A stretch of DNA of 64,000 bases from Lama guanicoe. Its lineage: Eukaryota. The position numbers and the translations under genes are program-made. A model generated the notes under the pieces. That model saw nothing but the letters and a program-made list of their open reading frames with translations. It was not told the DNA's origin and ran no database searches. Location: contig MU053881.1 of the NCBI GenBank assembly GCA_013239625.1, positions 4,795,957 through 4,859,956 of the forward strand. The letters run 5' to 3'. Shown one piece after another: positions 27,364-41,975 of the stretch. Within the stretch, counting starts at the first letter, position 1. Every line of letters starts with the position of its first letter.

Positions 27364-28539
27364 TAGAGGAAATGGTGGATCGTGAGGATCAGAAACAAAA
27401 GGCAAAAGAGAAAAAAAAATTTATTTTGCGGCCTAACAAAGCCCCAGGCGGCAGCACCCTGCTCCTGGATCTGTTACGGAGCGATCTGTTTGTGGTAGAC
27501 AGAACAGAGGGAGAAAGAGATGGTCTCTATATTGGGTTTTGTTTTAAATCTCTTAAAGGTCTTTCAGAGGATCTGACAAAAACTGCTAAACGGAAATTAA
27601 AATGCTGCACACCAGACATACTTTGCCTACAATTAGAAAAGGTCCGAGACCTTCTGTAGCCCACCCGTTACCCGGGGTTTCTGGGGCCTTTCCTCCTTTG
27701 TGCCAGGAGAGTGGAATCTTTGAGAACAAGGATCTTGAATTTAAAATGGGATACTGCGGACTCTCCGGAATTTGACTTAGCAGCTTTGTTTTTTCATAAC
27801 AATTTCCCCACGCGGTCAGGGCCGAGGGGTTCTCTCCTGGAATAAGTTAGAAAGTGCCGCGTGACTTAAGTCGTGGGGCAATGGAGAAGATGGCTAGGGA
27901 AAGTGGCCAGATCGCCGCGCACATCCCGAGGTTCAGGGGGAGGCTAACTCCGTGGCGGAAAGGGCATGTAGGAGACGGTGGCCCAGTCCAGAGTCCGCGC
28001 GAATCCGGGGAGGACGGGGGCACCGCGTGAAGGGCCGCTGTGAGCCCAGAAAGGATCTTGCCGTGAGCCTACAAAAGTCTGTCTAGTTGCAGAGGGAAGG
28101 CCCCGGCAACAGCTGCCGGCAGGCACAGCGGTTTGAATTGGTCTCTACCAATTCGAATTATAATTCGAGCACGCCAGCAGGCAGGTTCCGAGGCCGCCTG
28201 CCCACCCGCCGCTTTCTGGGCGCTGCACAATCCCCGCGGCGGTTGCACGGAACCTTCGATAGATCACCAAACCAACACCTCCTGGCCTTCTGTTTCTTCG
28301 GTTCTGTAATTATCAGACAGTTTGCCGACCCTGGGGTGAGGGCTATGTCTCCTTTTAACTTCTCAAACCAAAGTAGCCCTAATCTAATTCACCCCAGAGA
28401 ACCATTCGGCTTTATTTTCTTTGCAGCCTTAAGTCTTAAGTCATTGTCCATCTCTCTCACTAGAAGGTGAACTACCCGTGGGCAGGGATCTCCCTTGTTT
28501 TGTTCTTCAGTGCCTAGAGCCATGCCTGGCACATCGTAG

Positions 28540-29388
<849 letters not shown>

Positions 29389-29815
29389 GGAAGGAACCGG
29401 TCTGGGGCGCCCCTGACCGATCTCACCTCTAAAGAGGGGCATCTACTCGATCCTGCGACTCTTCTCGGATGTCACATTCACTCCCATGGAGGCCTTGGAG
29501 CGTTTTCCGCCCCAGGCGCTTTTATCTCCTCCACGCGCGGGAGAGTTTGTGGCCGGGTTTACGCAGCTTGCGGTGAGTGATCCCGCAGCCTGGTGCCTTA
29601 GCCGTCGCCCCGGGAGTGCCCTCCGAGCGCCCACGGGCATCCCTAATCGGCCGAACACCGGCCAACTGGGACTGGGAGCCCGGGCGCGCCGGGCCCAAGA
29701 CCTGGCGGCCTTTCCCCGAGCCTGGGCCCGGCGCCTGGGCCCTTGCTGCCTTGCCGCCCACCCACCCGTATTTATGTTTTTACCTGTTTCTGTAAGAAAT
29801 GAGAATCTCCTACCC

Positions 29816-29821
29816 ATTAAA
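29816..29821 (+). terminator. NKX2-5 polyadenylation signal (ATTAAA)
   Basis: ATTAAA ~430 nt after the stop, followed by a GT/T-rich element (TGTGTGCTTTTTT ~29839-29852); AU-rich TATTTAT at 29769-29775. Confidence 0.75.
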
Positions 29822-31979
29822 GAGTGCTCTGATCCTCCTGTGTGCTTTTTTCAGCTTGCAGTGTTCCAGAAACTGAATTTTGGAGGGCAGAGACAGCCGG
29901 CCTTGAGATGTAGGGACAAGTACTCACTGAGCAAATAATAATAATGATAAAAACTAACCTGTGCTGGGACCCGTGTTAGATGCTTTTGGGGACTACTCAT
30001 GTAATTTTCAATGACTCAAAAAAGGAAGGCGCTATTTTAAAGTTCAGCAGACTGAGGCCTGGAGAGGTTTAATGTGAGCAAATAACCAGTACTGGTAGAC
30101 CTGAGGTTCGTTTCCAGGTCTTACTTCAGAGACTGAGGACACCTGCCCAGAGGTCCCAGTCTCACCTCCTTAAACCCTTCTATGTGCCAAGCACTGTTCC
30201 AGGTACTGGGCATTTAATGAAGGGCAAAGGCATCTGGGCCCTATGAGACTGGAGGGCACCATAATTCATCCTGCTTAGAAGAACGCTGCAGCCCATTTTC
30301 GACAGAAAAGCCCAGAACCAAAGCCCTAGTCAAGCTTCTCAAAACTCCCCAGCCCAGCGTTACTCCACGTGGAAGGGCGACAGGAGTCCTGTGGCCCGGT
30401 CCTCACCAGCTGCTGGGCTGGGCTGAATGCAGAGCCTGGAAAACAGAGGTGGCTGGCTGGCAGTGCTCACCTCCTTCTGTGGCTGGGCCCCATGAATTCA
30501 TGTGGTCAGGGAACCCTTCTCCCCCATCTGACTGCCATCCTCTCCGTTCAGCATTTAACAAATTTTGCCATAGTCCTTACCAACGGATGCTATTATACAG
30601 ATTTTACAGATGAGGAAATTGAGGCTCAGCGAAATCAAGCTAAAAACCTGCTTGCTGTGGGACCTGCTTGCTGCCTGCCCCTCCCCCCCCCTTTTTTTGG
30701 GTCAGTAAAATGAGAATAATAAAGATACCTTGCTCTAAGACCAGCTCTCAATAGTCCCCAGTGGCTCGGACCTGACCTCCAGTTCCTCTACTCCCAGCCT
30801 CCAAGGTCAGGAGAAACTAACCTGATTCTTAAAAAGTGAGGAAAGCGGGAGGGAGTTGGGGCTTTCTGTTCCTGTGGAATATAGGTTTTTCTGAGATTTT
30901 GCCTGGGAAGTGCTGGCCTGCCGGTCTGGCCCTGAGCTCCTGGTTGAAGACACAGCATTGCTCCAAGCACTTTGGGATGGAGCCAGGCTCGATGTGCTTC
31001 TTACACCGGGGAAAAGTCGCCAAGCCAGGCTGGTGAGATCAGGGGCCGTCCAGCCGCTGAGCCAGGGACTGAGCATCGCTGCCAGTGCCTGTACTGTCAT
31101 CTCTTTAGGTAAGTGCTGTCCCTCAGGCTAGCCCCACTGCCTCCAGGGAGGGGAAGATGCCAGGGGATTCTACGTGCTTAGAGCGGAGCTGGATGGGTTT
31201 TCGATACAGGGACGCTGCGGTGTATGCAATCAACTGTCGCAGTGGTATAAGCCGGGCTCTGTAAAGGGGAAAGACTGTGCTCAGAGCAGAGCTTCACTCT
31301 GGGCCCTGGGACTTTAATCCTTCTGCTGTAAGGTCCAAGCCGGCGGCCGAGGGCCATGGGGAGGGGGATGTGTTCAGCTCAGGCTCCGCATTCCACCTTC
31401 TGAGCCTACAACGTTACTCCCAACCTTTACCTCAGTGCCTCAGTGCTCTCTGCCCCTTCCCGAGATGCACGCTGTAGTCCCATCTCATGGAAGGGCACAC
31501 TGAGGCTCCTCCAGGCCACCACACCAACTCACACACACAGCGCCCTGCTACCAGACATCTGAGCTCAGAGTACAGCCGCAGCAGGCGGCCTAACTCACAC
31601 AATCAAGGAAACCCTTCTATCTGGAGCTCATCCACATTCCCCCTGGGGTCCTGCGCATCGTGAGCTTTTTTCACCTTACACTCATCTATAGTTAACACTA
31701 GAGAGGTGTTTGTTTTTCCACTTAACGTTATATACCGCGAGGGTTTTTTCTGTGATGCCTCTGTCTCTCTCTTTCTCATCGTTCAGGGACCAGCTGAGTG
31801 ATCCCAAGGTCTCCCAACAAACGGATAACAATGGCTGACTGGCACTGGGCTGGCCGAATGCGAGGACTCCGGGCTAAACGCTTACAGGAGTTCTCTAATC
31901 TAATGCATCTTAATTTGCCAACCAGGAAACTGAGGAACAGAGGCTACGGCAATGGTCAAGGTCTTAACATTCGTTGCCT

Positions 31980-33110
31980 AAGCAATCGCGGAGCTGGGAA
32001 ACCGACCCGCCGTACACACGTAGGGCGGGGCGGGGGGCGGCGTGTTTAAGAACCGAGAGCGCGCACGTCTCTCGTCAAGACGCAGCGGGACCCTGCTCCC
32101 TGCCCCGGGCGACCCCATGCTCTCTCCAGTGGGGTTAGGATCCCAGGCTCATTATGGGGCAAACTGTAGCGCGCGAAGGCTGTCGCCCGGCCGAGGGTGT
32201 TGCGTTCAGGAGCCAGGGGCCGAGGGCCGCAGGGGCGTTAGCATCCTAAACTAACACCGCCCGCATTCCCGTAGCGATCCCTTCCCAAATTAAATCGGTA
32301 GTATTTGTTTTGTTTCTCAATATTATATAAACGACGCGTGCAGAGTGAGAAAATTCCACCAGAACAGAAAAGTGAGAACTTCTGAGAGCCGCTGAGGTGG
32401 CAACGCGCGCGGAGATTGGGGTGGCGCAGGCAGGCTCCGCATGCCCGCAGCGCCAGGGGGAACATAGGGAAATAGACAATTTTTAAAAAAAAAAAATCAA
32501 ACAAGCATACGCCGCGGTTAAAATACAATGAGAGAAAAACCTTGGCATTAAAAAGAAAAAATCTGGCTCCCCAAGCTGGAGTGGATTGGGTCCCTCTGCC
32601 CCGCGCCGCCGCGCACCAGCTGGTGGTGGAGAACCCCGTCTTGGTGGGGTGGGGGGTCCTCTGAACAAGAGGTGAGGAGAACCCCGTCCGGGGGGTCCTC
32701 AGAGCCAGAGGCCGGGCCCGCTCGCCTCTCTCCTTTCTGCCGCGCTCTGGCCAAGACGACCTTGTGTAATTCCCAGCCAATAGAGGTTTTGCCAAATCAG
32801 AATAGCTCCCATCTTATTTTGTATAAATTTTCCCTTAAATCGATGCCATGCTGTATATTTCAATACCTGAATTTAAAAGAACGCGCAGAAGCCGCAGGGC
32901 TCGCTGCAGACCGGCGAACTTGACGGTGGCGGCGGCGGGAACCCTGCGCGGCTCCTTGGCAAGCACGCCCTTCCTGGGCCGGCCCCTCGCTTCCTCTGGG
33001 ACAGATTCCTGGCTCCGGCCGCGCGCTTGTGTCGCGCGCCTGTGCGGGAGCCGACAGTTCGGCAGCCCCGGGTCTCTTGCTGACCTCCCAGCTAGACAGG
33101 GCTCCTGGGA
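31980..33110. promoter_or_regulatory. Downstream CpG island with embedded AT-rich blocks
   Basis: CpG-dense; GC boxes at ~32023-32040; AT-rich cores at ~32286-32360 and ~32760-32880. Confidence 0.65.
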
Positions 33111-35149
33111 AAAGGGTCCCGTGGCTTAGATTTACATTTATTTATCACTCACGGAGCTTACTGTGTCACTGGCACTGTCCTAGCTCTTTACAATAAACCC
33201 ATCTAATCCTCTTTCACACCTCTTGAGTTCTGTTGAGGAAGCAGATGAAGAATCAATCTTAGGCCCAGAGAGGAGGAGTAACTTGCCCAAGGTCACACAG
33301 CTGATTAGTGCCACAGCTTGGTTTCAAACCTAGGCATTCTGGCTCCAGAGCCCAAGGGCAAGGTGCCATCTCACCCCTAGTCCAAAGAGTGGGCACTAAA
33401 AACTATCTGTCAATTGCTTAAAGGGTACAGTAATAATCTTAGCGAACAATTTTTTGAAGATTTCTATGAGCCAGACATATCAAGCGGATGAGATCAGCAG
33501 GATTATTTCTCACTTAGGGCAGGAGAGGAGACCGAGGCATAAAAAGAAGTGGCCCACCCAAGATCTCACAGTGGAGGAGGCAAGGCAGCTGCGATTCTGG
33601 GGCGGGGAGTCTCGTCCCTTTGTACCACTCCGCTGCTTCTCCGGAGAGCTTGCTGCAGAGTCGGGTAGGAAGTGAGCAGGCCTGGCAGGCTGGTCACCCG
33701 GAGCCACCACGAGCTCCCGACCCTGCTCCAACCCACAGCTGCGGAGGATAGCAGTGCGGATTACTGCCTAACATCTGTTCTTGCTTGCTTTGTGCCAGGC
33801 ACCGGGCTAAATGCTGAACCTGCAAATCTCATTCTGTCATTTTCCAAGGAGGAAACTGAAACCCAAAGAAGTTAAGGGCACTGACTACCTAAGGCAGTCA
33901 GTGGACTGGGGAATCCTACACGTGAATCCACATGGTTCCGCTGGAGCCCTGGCTCTTTGAACCACTCAGCGGTTCTCGAACTTGCCTGAAGACACAAACT
34001 GCTGGAGGCTGGGACAAACCCAACCCCCCCTGCTTGCCGCAGCGCCCTTGAATTAGACTCCCCAGGGATGGGGGCCTGCAAAACCGCATTTGGAACCAGG
34101 TGATTCTCGTCATCTGGCAAGTTGGGGAACTGCATCTTTCACAGAGGCCCTAGATCCCTCTGGCTCCTCTCTTGATGGCCTGGGAGAAACTGGAGTCAGA
34201 TTTCCCCTCTCCAGGCCCTTCTCTTCCATCTCAGGGTCTCTGTGTATTTGCTGTAATCCAGTGGCTACAGCACAAGTCTCACAGTGTGGGGACCCTGGAA
34301 GCGGGGACGTGGGCAGAGGGAAGGAAAGTGAAGGGGAAGAGGTGGAGAGAGGTACTCTGGGACACACCTGCCTGGGCCCAGACCACAAAGCCATCCCTGA
34401 AGCTCCTGCAGCCCAGTGCCCGCCAGTGCTGCACAGGGGAGAAGAAGAATTTGAGGGAACTCGTCAGAGACAGTCCATCTGTTCTGCCCAGATCCTAAGC
34501 TCCCCTCTGGAGTCCCCCAGGAAGGGGAGTGGGGGTGAGCCAACCTCCATATGGGTTTACGGGGTGCAAAGCTTTCAGCTGTCCCCCTGTCTATATGAGG
34601 CTTAGAAATGTTTTATCACTTGTCCTGTTCTGCACTTAAGAAGCAGCCAAGCTGAATTCTAACATCAACTCCCCCTTTTTTCCAGCACATCCACAACTAA
34701 CCCCACCCCACCCAAACTCCAGCTTACAGAAATCTCAGTTGCTACACTGGTTCACATTAACTCTGCCTCCCCCCACAAAGCAGTTTCCTTTGTCCTCAGC
34801 TTCTTAGGAAAGGTTTGTTACACAAGCTTGGTATACTCCTGACTCAGGGCCTTTGCACTGGCTGTTCCCTTTGCACGGAATGACCTTCCCCTAGGTATCT
34901 GCCTGGCTGATGCTTCTTCTGTCTCAGTCTTTACTCAAATGTCACCTAATCATGAGGCCCACCCCAACTATCCTACTTAAAACTGTATCCCCACACACAT
35001 ACTCCTGGTGGCCTCTATTTTTTTTCTTCCTTCAGCCTATGTCACCTTTTAATATATTGTTTTGTCCCATGCTGTATCCCAGGCATCCAGAAGACTGTCT
35101 GGCACTTACAGACACTCAGTAAAACGTGGTGAATGAATGAATGATGATC

Positions 35150-36028
35150 AATTACCCAAAAGGGAAAATCAGGCAAGAGAAATGAACAAGAATTTCATGG
35201 AGAAGGAAGCACAAATGGCCACAAAATACATAAATACAGGTGATCTATCCATTAGTTAGCAAAACAAAAAGTCGTGATAAGATACTATATCTCACCCATC
35301 AGATTGGCAAAAATTAGAGTCATTAGTACCAGGAATTGGGAGAGCAGGCATCGATGGGAACGTGCCCCTGGAAAAGGCGTGACTAAGTACAAAGAATTTA
35401 GAAGACAGTTTGACACAATTTAGTAAAGGTAAATACGAGCCCACCCTCAATTCAGCAGTTCCACTTGTAGGCATATATCCTGCTATGTGTGCATCTGGAG
35501 ATACATATGTAATTAAGTTCAGAACAGCCCTGTATGTTGCATAGACTGGAAACAACCCAAATGCCTACCAACAGTTGGATAAATAAGTAAGTTGTAGGAG
35601 ATTCACACAGTGGAACATTATACAGCCATGGAAATGAAGGTGACTCAGCCACACTCATTGACATGAATACATCTCAAAGCTGAGCAAAAGAAGTGGCACT
35701 GAAGAATATAGATGGTGCCAGAATGGTCATCATTAAAAAAGTCCACAAACGATAAACGTTGGAGGGTGTGGAGAAAAGGGAACCTTCCTACACTGCTGGT
35801 GGGAATGTAATTTGGTGCAGCCACTATGGAAAACAGTATGGAGATTCCTTAAAAAATTAAAAATAGACTTGCCCTATGATCCAGCAACCCTGAACATATA
35901 TCCAGAGAAAACTGTAATTTGAGAAGATACATGCACCCCAGTGTTCATAGCAGCACTATTTACAATAGCCACAACATGGAAGCAACCTGAATGTCCATCA
36001 ATAGATGACTAGATAAAGAAGATGTGGG

Positions 36029-36059
<31 letters not shown>

Positions 36060-36800
36060 CACACACATATATATATGAATATTACTTAGCCATAAAAAAG
36101 AAATGAACTAATGCCATTTACAGCAAAATGGATGGACCTAGAGATCATCATACTAAGTGAAGTAAGTCAGACAGAGAAAGACAAATATCATATGATATCA
36201 CTTATATGTGGAATCTAAAAAAAGTCACAAATGAACTTATTTACAAAACAGAAGCAGACTCACAGACATAGAAAACAAACTTATGGTTACCAATGGGGGA
36301 AGAGCTGGCAGAGATATAAATTAGGAGTTTGGGATTAGCAGATACAAACTACTATATACAAAATAGATCAACAGCAAGGTCCTCTGGTATAGGACAATAA
36401 ACTATACTCAATACCTTGTAATAACCTAAAATGGAGAAGAATATGTGTATATATATGTATGACTGAATCACTGTGCTGTACACCAGAAACTAACATAATT
36501 TTGTGAATCAGTTATACTTCAGTAAGAAACTGAAAAATTAAATAAAATTTAAACAAGAATATAGACAATGAGGTTCCATGTACGTAACGGCCAAAATGGG
36601 CAAAAGAAAATGATGTATTAGTGAGGACGTGCCTAGATGTTAAAGTTATAAAGAAAAGTAAGTGGATGAATAACTCGAAATTCAGATGGTGGTTGCCTCT
36701 GGGGGAGAGGACGAGGAATGCAATGGGGAGGGGGTTTCAGAGGGGCTTGTTGGGTATGGTCATGGCCCGGCTCTCGGTCTGGGTGATGATGACTTCATTG
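35150..36800 (+). mobile_element. Old L1M with a nested younger L1 3' fragment (35713-36554)
   Basis: Nested copy has ORF2 end plus 3' UTR and TSD AAGAATATAGA at 35702-35712 and 36555-36565. Confidence 0.88.
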
Positions 36801-39686
36801 CATTATTCTATAAACTATACATACCTATGCTCTTCATGTTTATTTTATTATTATTTAACTATTCACCTGCGGTATAACTTACATATAATAAAGTGTACAA
36901 CTCTTAAGTGGTCAGCTCAACCAAATTTTGCAAATCATCATACTCTTGCGTGTATATACATACAATGCCATATTTCACGATGTTAAAGGGCACCCCCAAA
37001 ATCAATCATGCTGTCCTGAGTTTCAGGACTTAGGCTTCAAATAAGGGAGTTCCACCCGAGGTAGATTTTAAAGCGAAAGCAAGTCAGATGCAAGCTGTGC
37101 TTCCAGAAGGATCCCAAGTATGTAAAGAAAAAAAATCAAGTATGCTTAATACATTATAATGCGTGACATATGATTATTTTATATTTTCTAATAATCATCA
37201 TCTTTCTAAGCTGCCAGAATTATTGGTGAGATGGATCCAGATACTGTTTACACTGAAGAAACAGAGGTCAAGTGAAGAGTCAAGTCAGCCAGCTCGTAGG
37301 GGCCAAGGGAAAACCAAAACTTACATTCCTCTCACTCCCATGTCCCTCACTCCATCACATCAAACCAGGGTTGGGGAAGGAGGGAGGTGGGAAAGAAACA
37401 TACCAAAACGTGCCTGGCCAACGGTAATCTTGAATTTTATACCAGGAGGGTTTCCTTAGGATCTCAAATAATCCCAGCCTGGGTTTGCAATTGGATTAAA
37501 CTCAAAGTATGATTCCCCACCATGTCAAGTTCTGCACTTAATGGAAAACGAACATTTTTGGTATTTCACTACTTCAAAAGTATAGGATTCACATTTACAC
37601 ACAAGGTAAATGATGAACTGATTTCTCTATAGTCTAAGTCTTCTACGGTGAGCATCAGAAATAACAATCAAAGTTTAAAATTATAAATATGTCTACGGAG
37701 AGCGGTATGTGGACACCCTTTCACTGAGAGGCCTGGAAACAATGTGCTAGAGGTCAAGGTCAAAGGGAGAAAAGTCATTGCACTGTCCTTCCCAGAAATG
37801 ATGGTGCTTTTTGCTCTCTATTTCTGTTGCTATAACGGAAACTCCGTGAGGACAGGGAGCTTGCCTGGAATTCTCAGTGCCCAGAACAGTGCCTGGCATA
37901 ATGGGAACTACATAGGGACTGCTAAGTGCTTTACATTCATTCTCAGTTTTCCTGAACTTGGCAGTCACCCTGAGATACTTACCAGAAACACGAACCCCAG
38001 GTTCCTCTCATGGAGACTCTGATCTGGCCTGACTTCCAGGTGACACACCGGCTTCTCCTCAGCTCCTTCCTGCACATCTCTTCCTTCTGCCCGCGAAGCT
38101 CCTCGCCTCACATGGTGGCCTGTGTTTCCTCCCCAGCCCTCAGGACTCAGTTTGAATGCAGCCTTCCCAGAGGAGCCCTTCCTGAGCCCCAGTCTAAATT
38201 GGGTGCAGCTGTGACCTCTGTTTTAGTGCCCTGATCACAGACTGTTGCTGTTCTTCTGTAAGTGCAATGATTTCTTGTCTTCCTTTCTAGACTACAAGCA
38301 CCTCGCAGGCGGGGACTATACAATCACAGGCAATACTTAGGGAGCAATTGCAAAGGGTCAGGCTGCATTGGCACCATCTTATTGCAGCTTCACAATTAAC
38401 TCTGTAGCTAAACACTGCCCTAATCTTTGTTTTATAGGCACGGCCCAATGACTTAGGGCACGGGACACCGGGAGTAAGACGCAGAGCCAGAACTGAACTC
38501 AGGACCGAGGCAGGCTAGTCCAGAGCCCATTCCTTTATTTACTGGAGTCTACTGCTTCTGTTCGGGTCACCACTGCCTGACACACAGTAGGTGTTCAATA
38601 AATACGTGGCAGGTGAATGGATGTTACCTAGAGGTGCATCACAGGGCTGAGAAAGTGTGCGCCCTTTATTAAAAGAATGGGAATGCTGGACAAGAGCACA
38701 GTTGCCTTGCTTAAAAGAAAACACAACGATGAAAAAGCAAAAGAGGATGACACCAAACAGCCTGGGGCCATTTAGGGCCCAACTGCCCATCTGTCCCCTG
38801 TGCCGCCCTGTCCCCATTAACTGTAAAGCTCGCAAATCTCAAATCGACATACAGCACACCTGAAACTAACAATTCTGTATGTCGACTGTAGTTCAGTGTT
38901 CTTTTTAAGTGTAAAGTTCAAGGAGTTTCATCTTGTTAGAATTGAAACCAGGCCCCTCCTTTAAGAGTGTTGACAGACCGGGAAAGAGCCACCCGGCCTC
39001 ACTGGAGGATGATGGCTTTAAAACCTGACAGCGTTTTCCCTCAAGGAAATGAACTGTTTGGTCCTGCAGGAATCATCTTCAAAGTCGGAGAACCTGGCTT
39101 AAACACGACCTTTAGAAGAAGCTAATCGCGCCCCTGACTCCCACCAAGCAGATGGCTGGGCCGTCTTCCCCTTGTGGAATAAGGGGCCTGCTTCACGCAG
39201 CTGTCCAAGCTGGGGGCTGAAACGAAGATGCTGGAATTCACCCTCTCTGCTCTTTCATCCGCAGCCTCTGGGGCCTGCGGTCTGGAGTCAAGTGTGGGGT
39301 GAGCCGCAGGGGCCGTGGCAGGTGAGGTCTCGCCAGCATTTAGCCCCCGTGCCCAGACACTTGCTCCTTTTTATGTTCCTAATGTTTTTACCAGAAACAC
39401 TATGGATTTTGTTCCAAGCTGGGCTGGGAGCACCACTCTCTTCAGAGGGCATTGGGAAGTCAGGTGTTTTCAACACTCAAGACCCCTTGGAGAATGGCCC
39501 CAACTCTGAATTAACAAGTTCCAGAAACAGGTGGGCTACTAGAGAAAGTGAGAAGCATTAAGAGAGCATTCCTAGACAGTAGGTTAAGAGAGAACTGATG
39601 CAAGAAGAGAAAGAATAGGTAAGTTGGACTTCACCCAAATTAAAAACCTTTGTGCATCAAAGGGCACCATAAATGGTGTAAAAAGG

Positions 39687-39816
39687 TGGGGGGTGGGAAT
39701 AGCTCACTGGGAGAGCACATGCTTAGCATGTGTGAGGTCCTGGGTTCAATCCCCAGTACTTCCACTAAATGATAATAAATAAAAATGCGTGATAGTCAAA
39801 TGTTTAAAAAAAAACA
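39687..39816 (+). mobile_element. tRNA-derived SINE (Vic-1-like) nested in an old L1
   Basis: A/B boxes; TSD GTGTAAAAAGG at 39676-39686 and 39817-39827. Confidence 0.88.
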
Positions 39817-40097
39817 GTGTAAAAAGGGAACCCATAGAATGGGAGAATGTATTTGCAAGTCCTATATTCATAAGGAATTGATATGCAGAATTATCAAAGA
39901 ACTCCTACAACTCAGCAATGAAAACCAAACAACTGGATTTAAAAATGGGCAAAGGACTTGAATAGACATTTTTCGAAAGAAGATATACAAATAAGCCAAT
40001 AAGCACATGAAAAGATGCTCAATATCTTTAACATTAGCCAAATGCCAATCAGAACCACACACCCATTAGGATGGCTACTGTCAAAAAGAAACCGAAG

Positions 40098-40245
40098 AGG
40101 AGGGTATAGCTCAAGTGGTAGAGCACACGCTTCGCGTGAACAAGGTCCTGGGTTCAATTCCCAGTACTTCCATTAAAAAAAAAAAACTGAATAAATAAAC
40201 CTAATTACTCCCCCTCCCCCTGCAAAAGAAAGAAACAAAGAAAGA
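40098..40245 (+). mobile_element. tRNA-derived SINE (Vic-1-like) nested in an old L1
   Basis: GGAGGGTATAGCTCAAGTGGTAGAG...GGGTTCAATTCCCAGTACTTCC plus AATAAATAAACCTAATTAC tail. Confidence 0.88.
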
Positions 40246-41007
40246 GAAGAGAAGGGTTGATGAACATGTAGAGAAACTGGAACGCTTGTGGACTGTGGGT
40301 GGGGATGTAAAATGGTGCAGCCATTGTGGAAAACAGTCTGGCCATTCCTCAAAAAATATGAAACACAGAATAACCACATGATCCAGCAATTTCACATATG
40401 GCTATTTATCTGAAAGAAGGGAAAGTAGGAACTCAAATACACAGCAGCGTTATCCACAACAGCCAAAAGGTAGAATCAATCCAACTGTCCACTGAGAAAT
40501 GGATAAATAAACAAAATGTGGAATATTCGCACAATCAATCAGTCTCACAAAGGAAGGAAATTCTGACATACTGCAACATGAATGCACCTTGAAGACTTTA
40601 CGCTAAGTCAAATCAGCCAGTCACAAAAGGACAAATATTGTTACATTTCTACTCGGATAAGGCACCCTAGTGCAGTCAAATTCATGGAGACAGAAAGCAG
40701 AGTGGTGGCTTCCAGGGGCTGGGCGGGAGTAGTCGATGGGGAGTTAGTGTTTGATGGATGCAGAGTTTTAGTTGGAGAAGATGAAAAACTTCTGGAGAAG
40801 GATGGTGCTGATGGTACCATAACAACATGGATGTACTTAATGCCACTTAAAAATGGTTAAAATGGTCAATTTTATATTATGTGTATTTTACCACACGAAA
40901 AAAGACTTGTCCGCCCAGCAACTGAACCACAGGATCAGCCGCCTCCTCAGCCCCAGTAGTGATGCACAGAAGGTCGCAAAGTTCTGTGAATCTATGTTCT
41001 CAATGTC

Positions 41008-41695
41008 TGTAGTAGACTGATGGCAAAATAGCCCCAGTTATCACCTCTCGGAACACCTGTGCCCTTTACAGCGCAACTATGCTGCTCCCCCCATCCAGAG
41101 GCAGAGCCTAAGGAGGGGAGGGTACAGCCCAGTGGTAGAGTGTGAGCTTAGCAGGCAGGAGGTTCTGGGTTCAGTCCCCAGTACTTCCATTAAATAAATA
41201 AACCGAATTACCTACCCCCCAAAAAAGTAGAGTCTATTTCTTTACCCCCAGAATCTGGCCTGGCCTTGTGGCTCGTTTACCCAACACAATCTTGTGGAAG
41301 CAACAATATGACAGTTTTGACCTAGTCTTCAAAAGATCTCGGTTGCTTCTGCTTGCCCTCTGGGAATCCTGTTACTGTCGTTAGAGGGAGCCAGAGTTAG
41401 CTGTCTGGAGGAGGAGAGCCTATGTGGAGAGAGGCCTGTTATCTCAGCTGAGGCCATCCCAAATCACCCCACAGCCACCTGGGCCCCAAACACATGAGCA
41501 AGGCCAGCCACAATTAGTGGACCTTGTCTAAATGACAGGTAGCTGGCTGCCTATGCACGACCAGGCCCTGCCCAGACCAGAAAAACTGCCCAGTCAACCA
41601 GTAAACTCAGGAGCAATAAGACATGTTTATTGTTTTAAGCCATTCTTGGGGTGCAGGGGATGAGGGCTGTTACGCAGCAACAGCTAACTGATACA
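41008..41695 (+). mobile_element. MaLR LTR (MLT1-type) with a nested SINE
   Basis: TGTAGTAGACTG... to ...TTGTTTTAAGCCA...TGTTACGCAGCAACAGCTAACTGATACA. Confidence 0.75.
41113..41227 (+). mobile_element. tRNA-derived SINE (Vic-1-like) nested in an MLT1 LTR
   Basis: Same head and tail; imperfect TSD GCAGAGCCTA / GTAGAGTCTA. Confidence 0.85.
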
Positions 41696-41702
41696 TACAG
41701 TA

Positions 41703-41975
41703 CAGGCATAACTTGGAAATACCGTGTGTTCAGTTCCACACTACTGCAATACAGTGAATATCACAATGAAGTGAGTTGTAGTTGTTTTTCGGTTTCCCAA
41801 TGCATAAAAAAGTTACATTTACACAGTACTGTGGTCTATTAAGTGTGCAATAGCATTATGTCTAAAAAAGCAATGTGCATATCTTAATTAAAAATACCTT
41901 ATTGCTAAAAACTGCTAATCATTTGACAATGCAGGGTGGCCACCAACCTACAATTTGTGAAAAAACACAATATTT
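41703..41975. mobile_element. Tigger1-derived non-autonomous element
   Basis: CAGGCATAACTTGGAAATA...GTCTATTAAGTGTGCAATAGCATTATGTCTAAAAA...; the two Tigger1 ends appear joined. Confidence 0.75.

Larger units (their letters stand above)
39610..40905 (+). mobile_element. L1MB-like fragment interrupted by two SINEs
   Basis: Degenerate ORF2 3' end (AAAAATGGGCAAAGGACTTGAATAGACATTT...) through a 3' UTR ending TTTTACCACACGAAAAAA. Confidence 0.85.
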
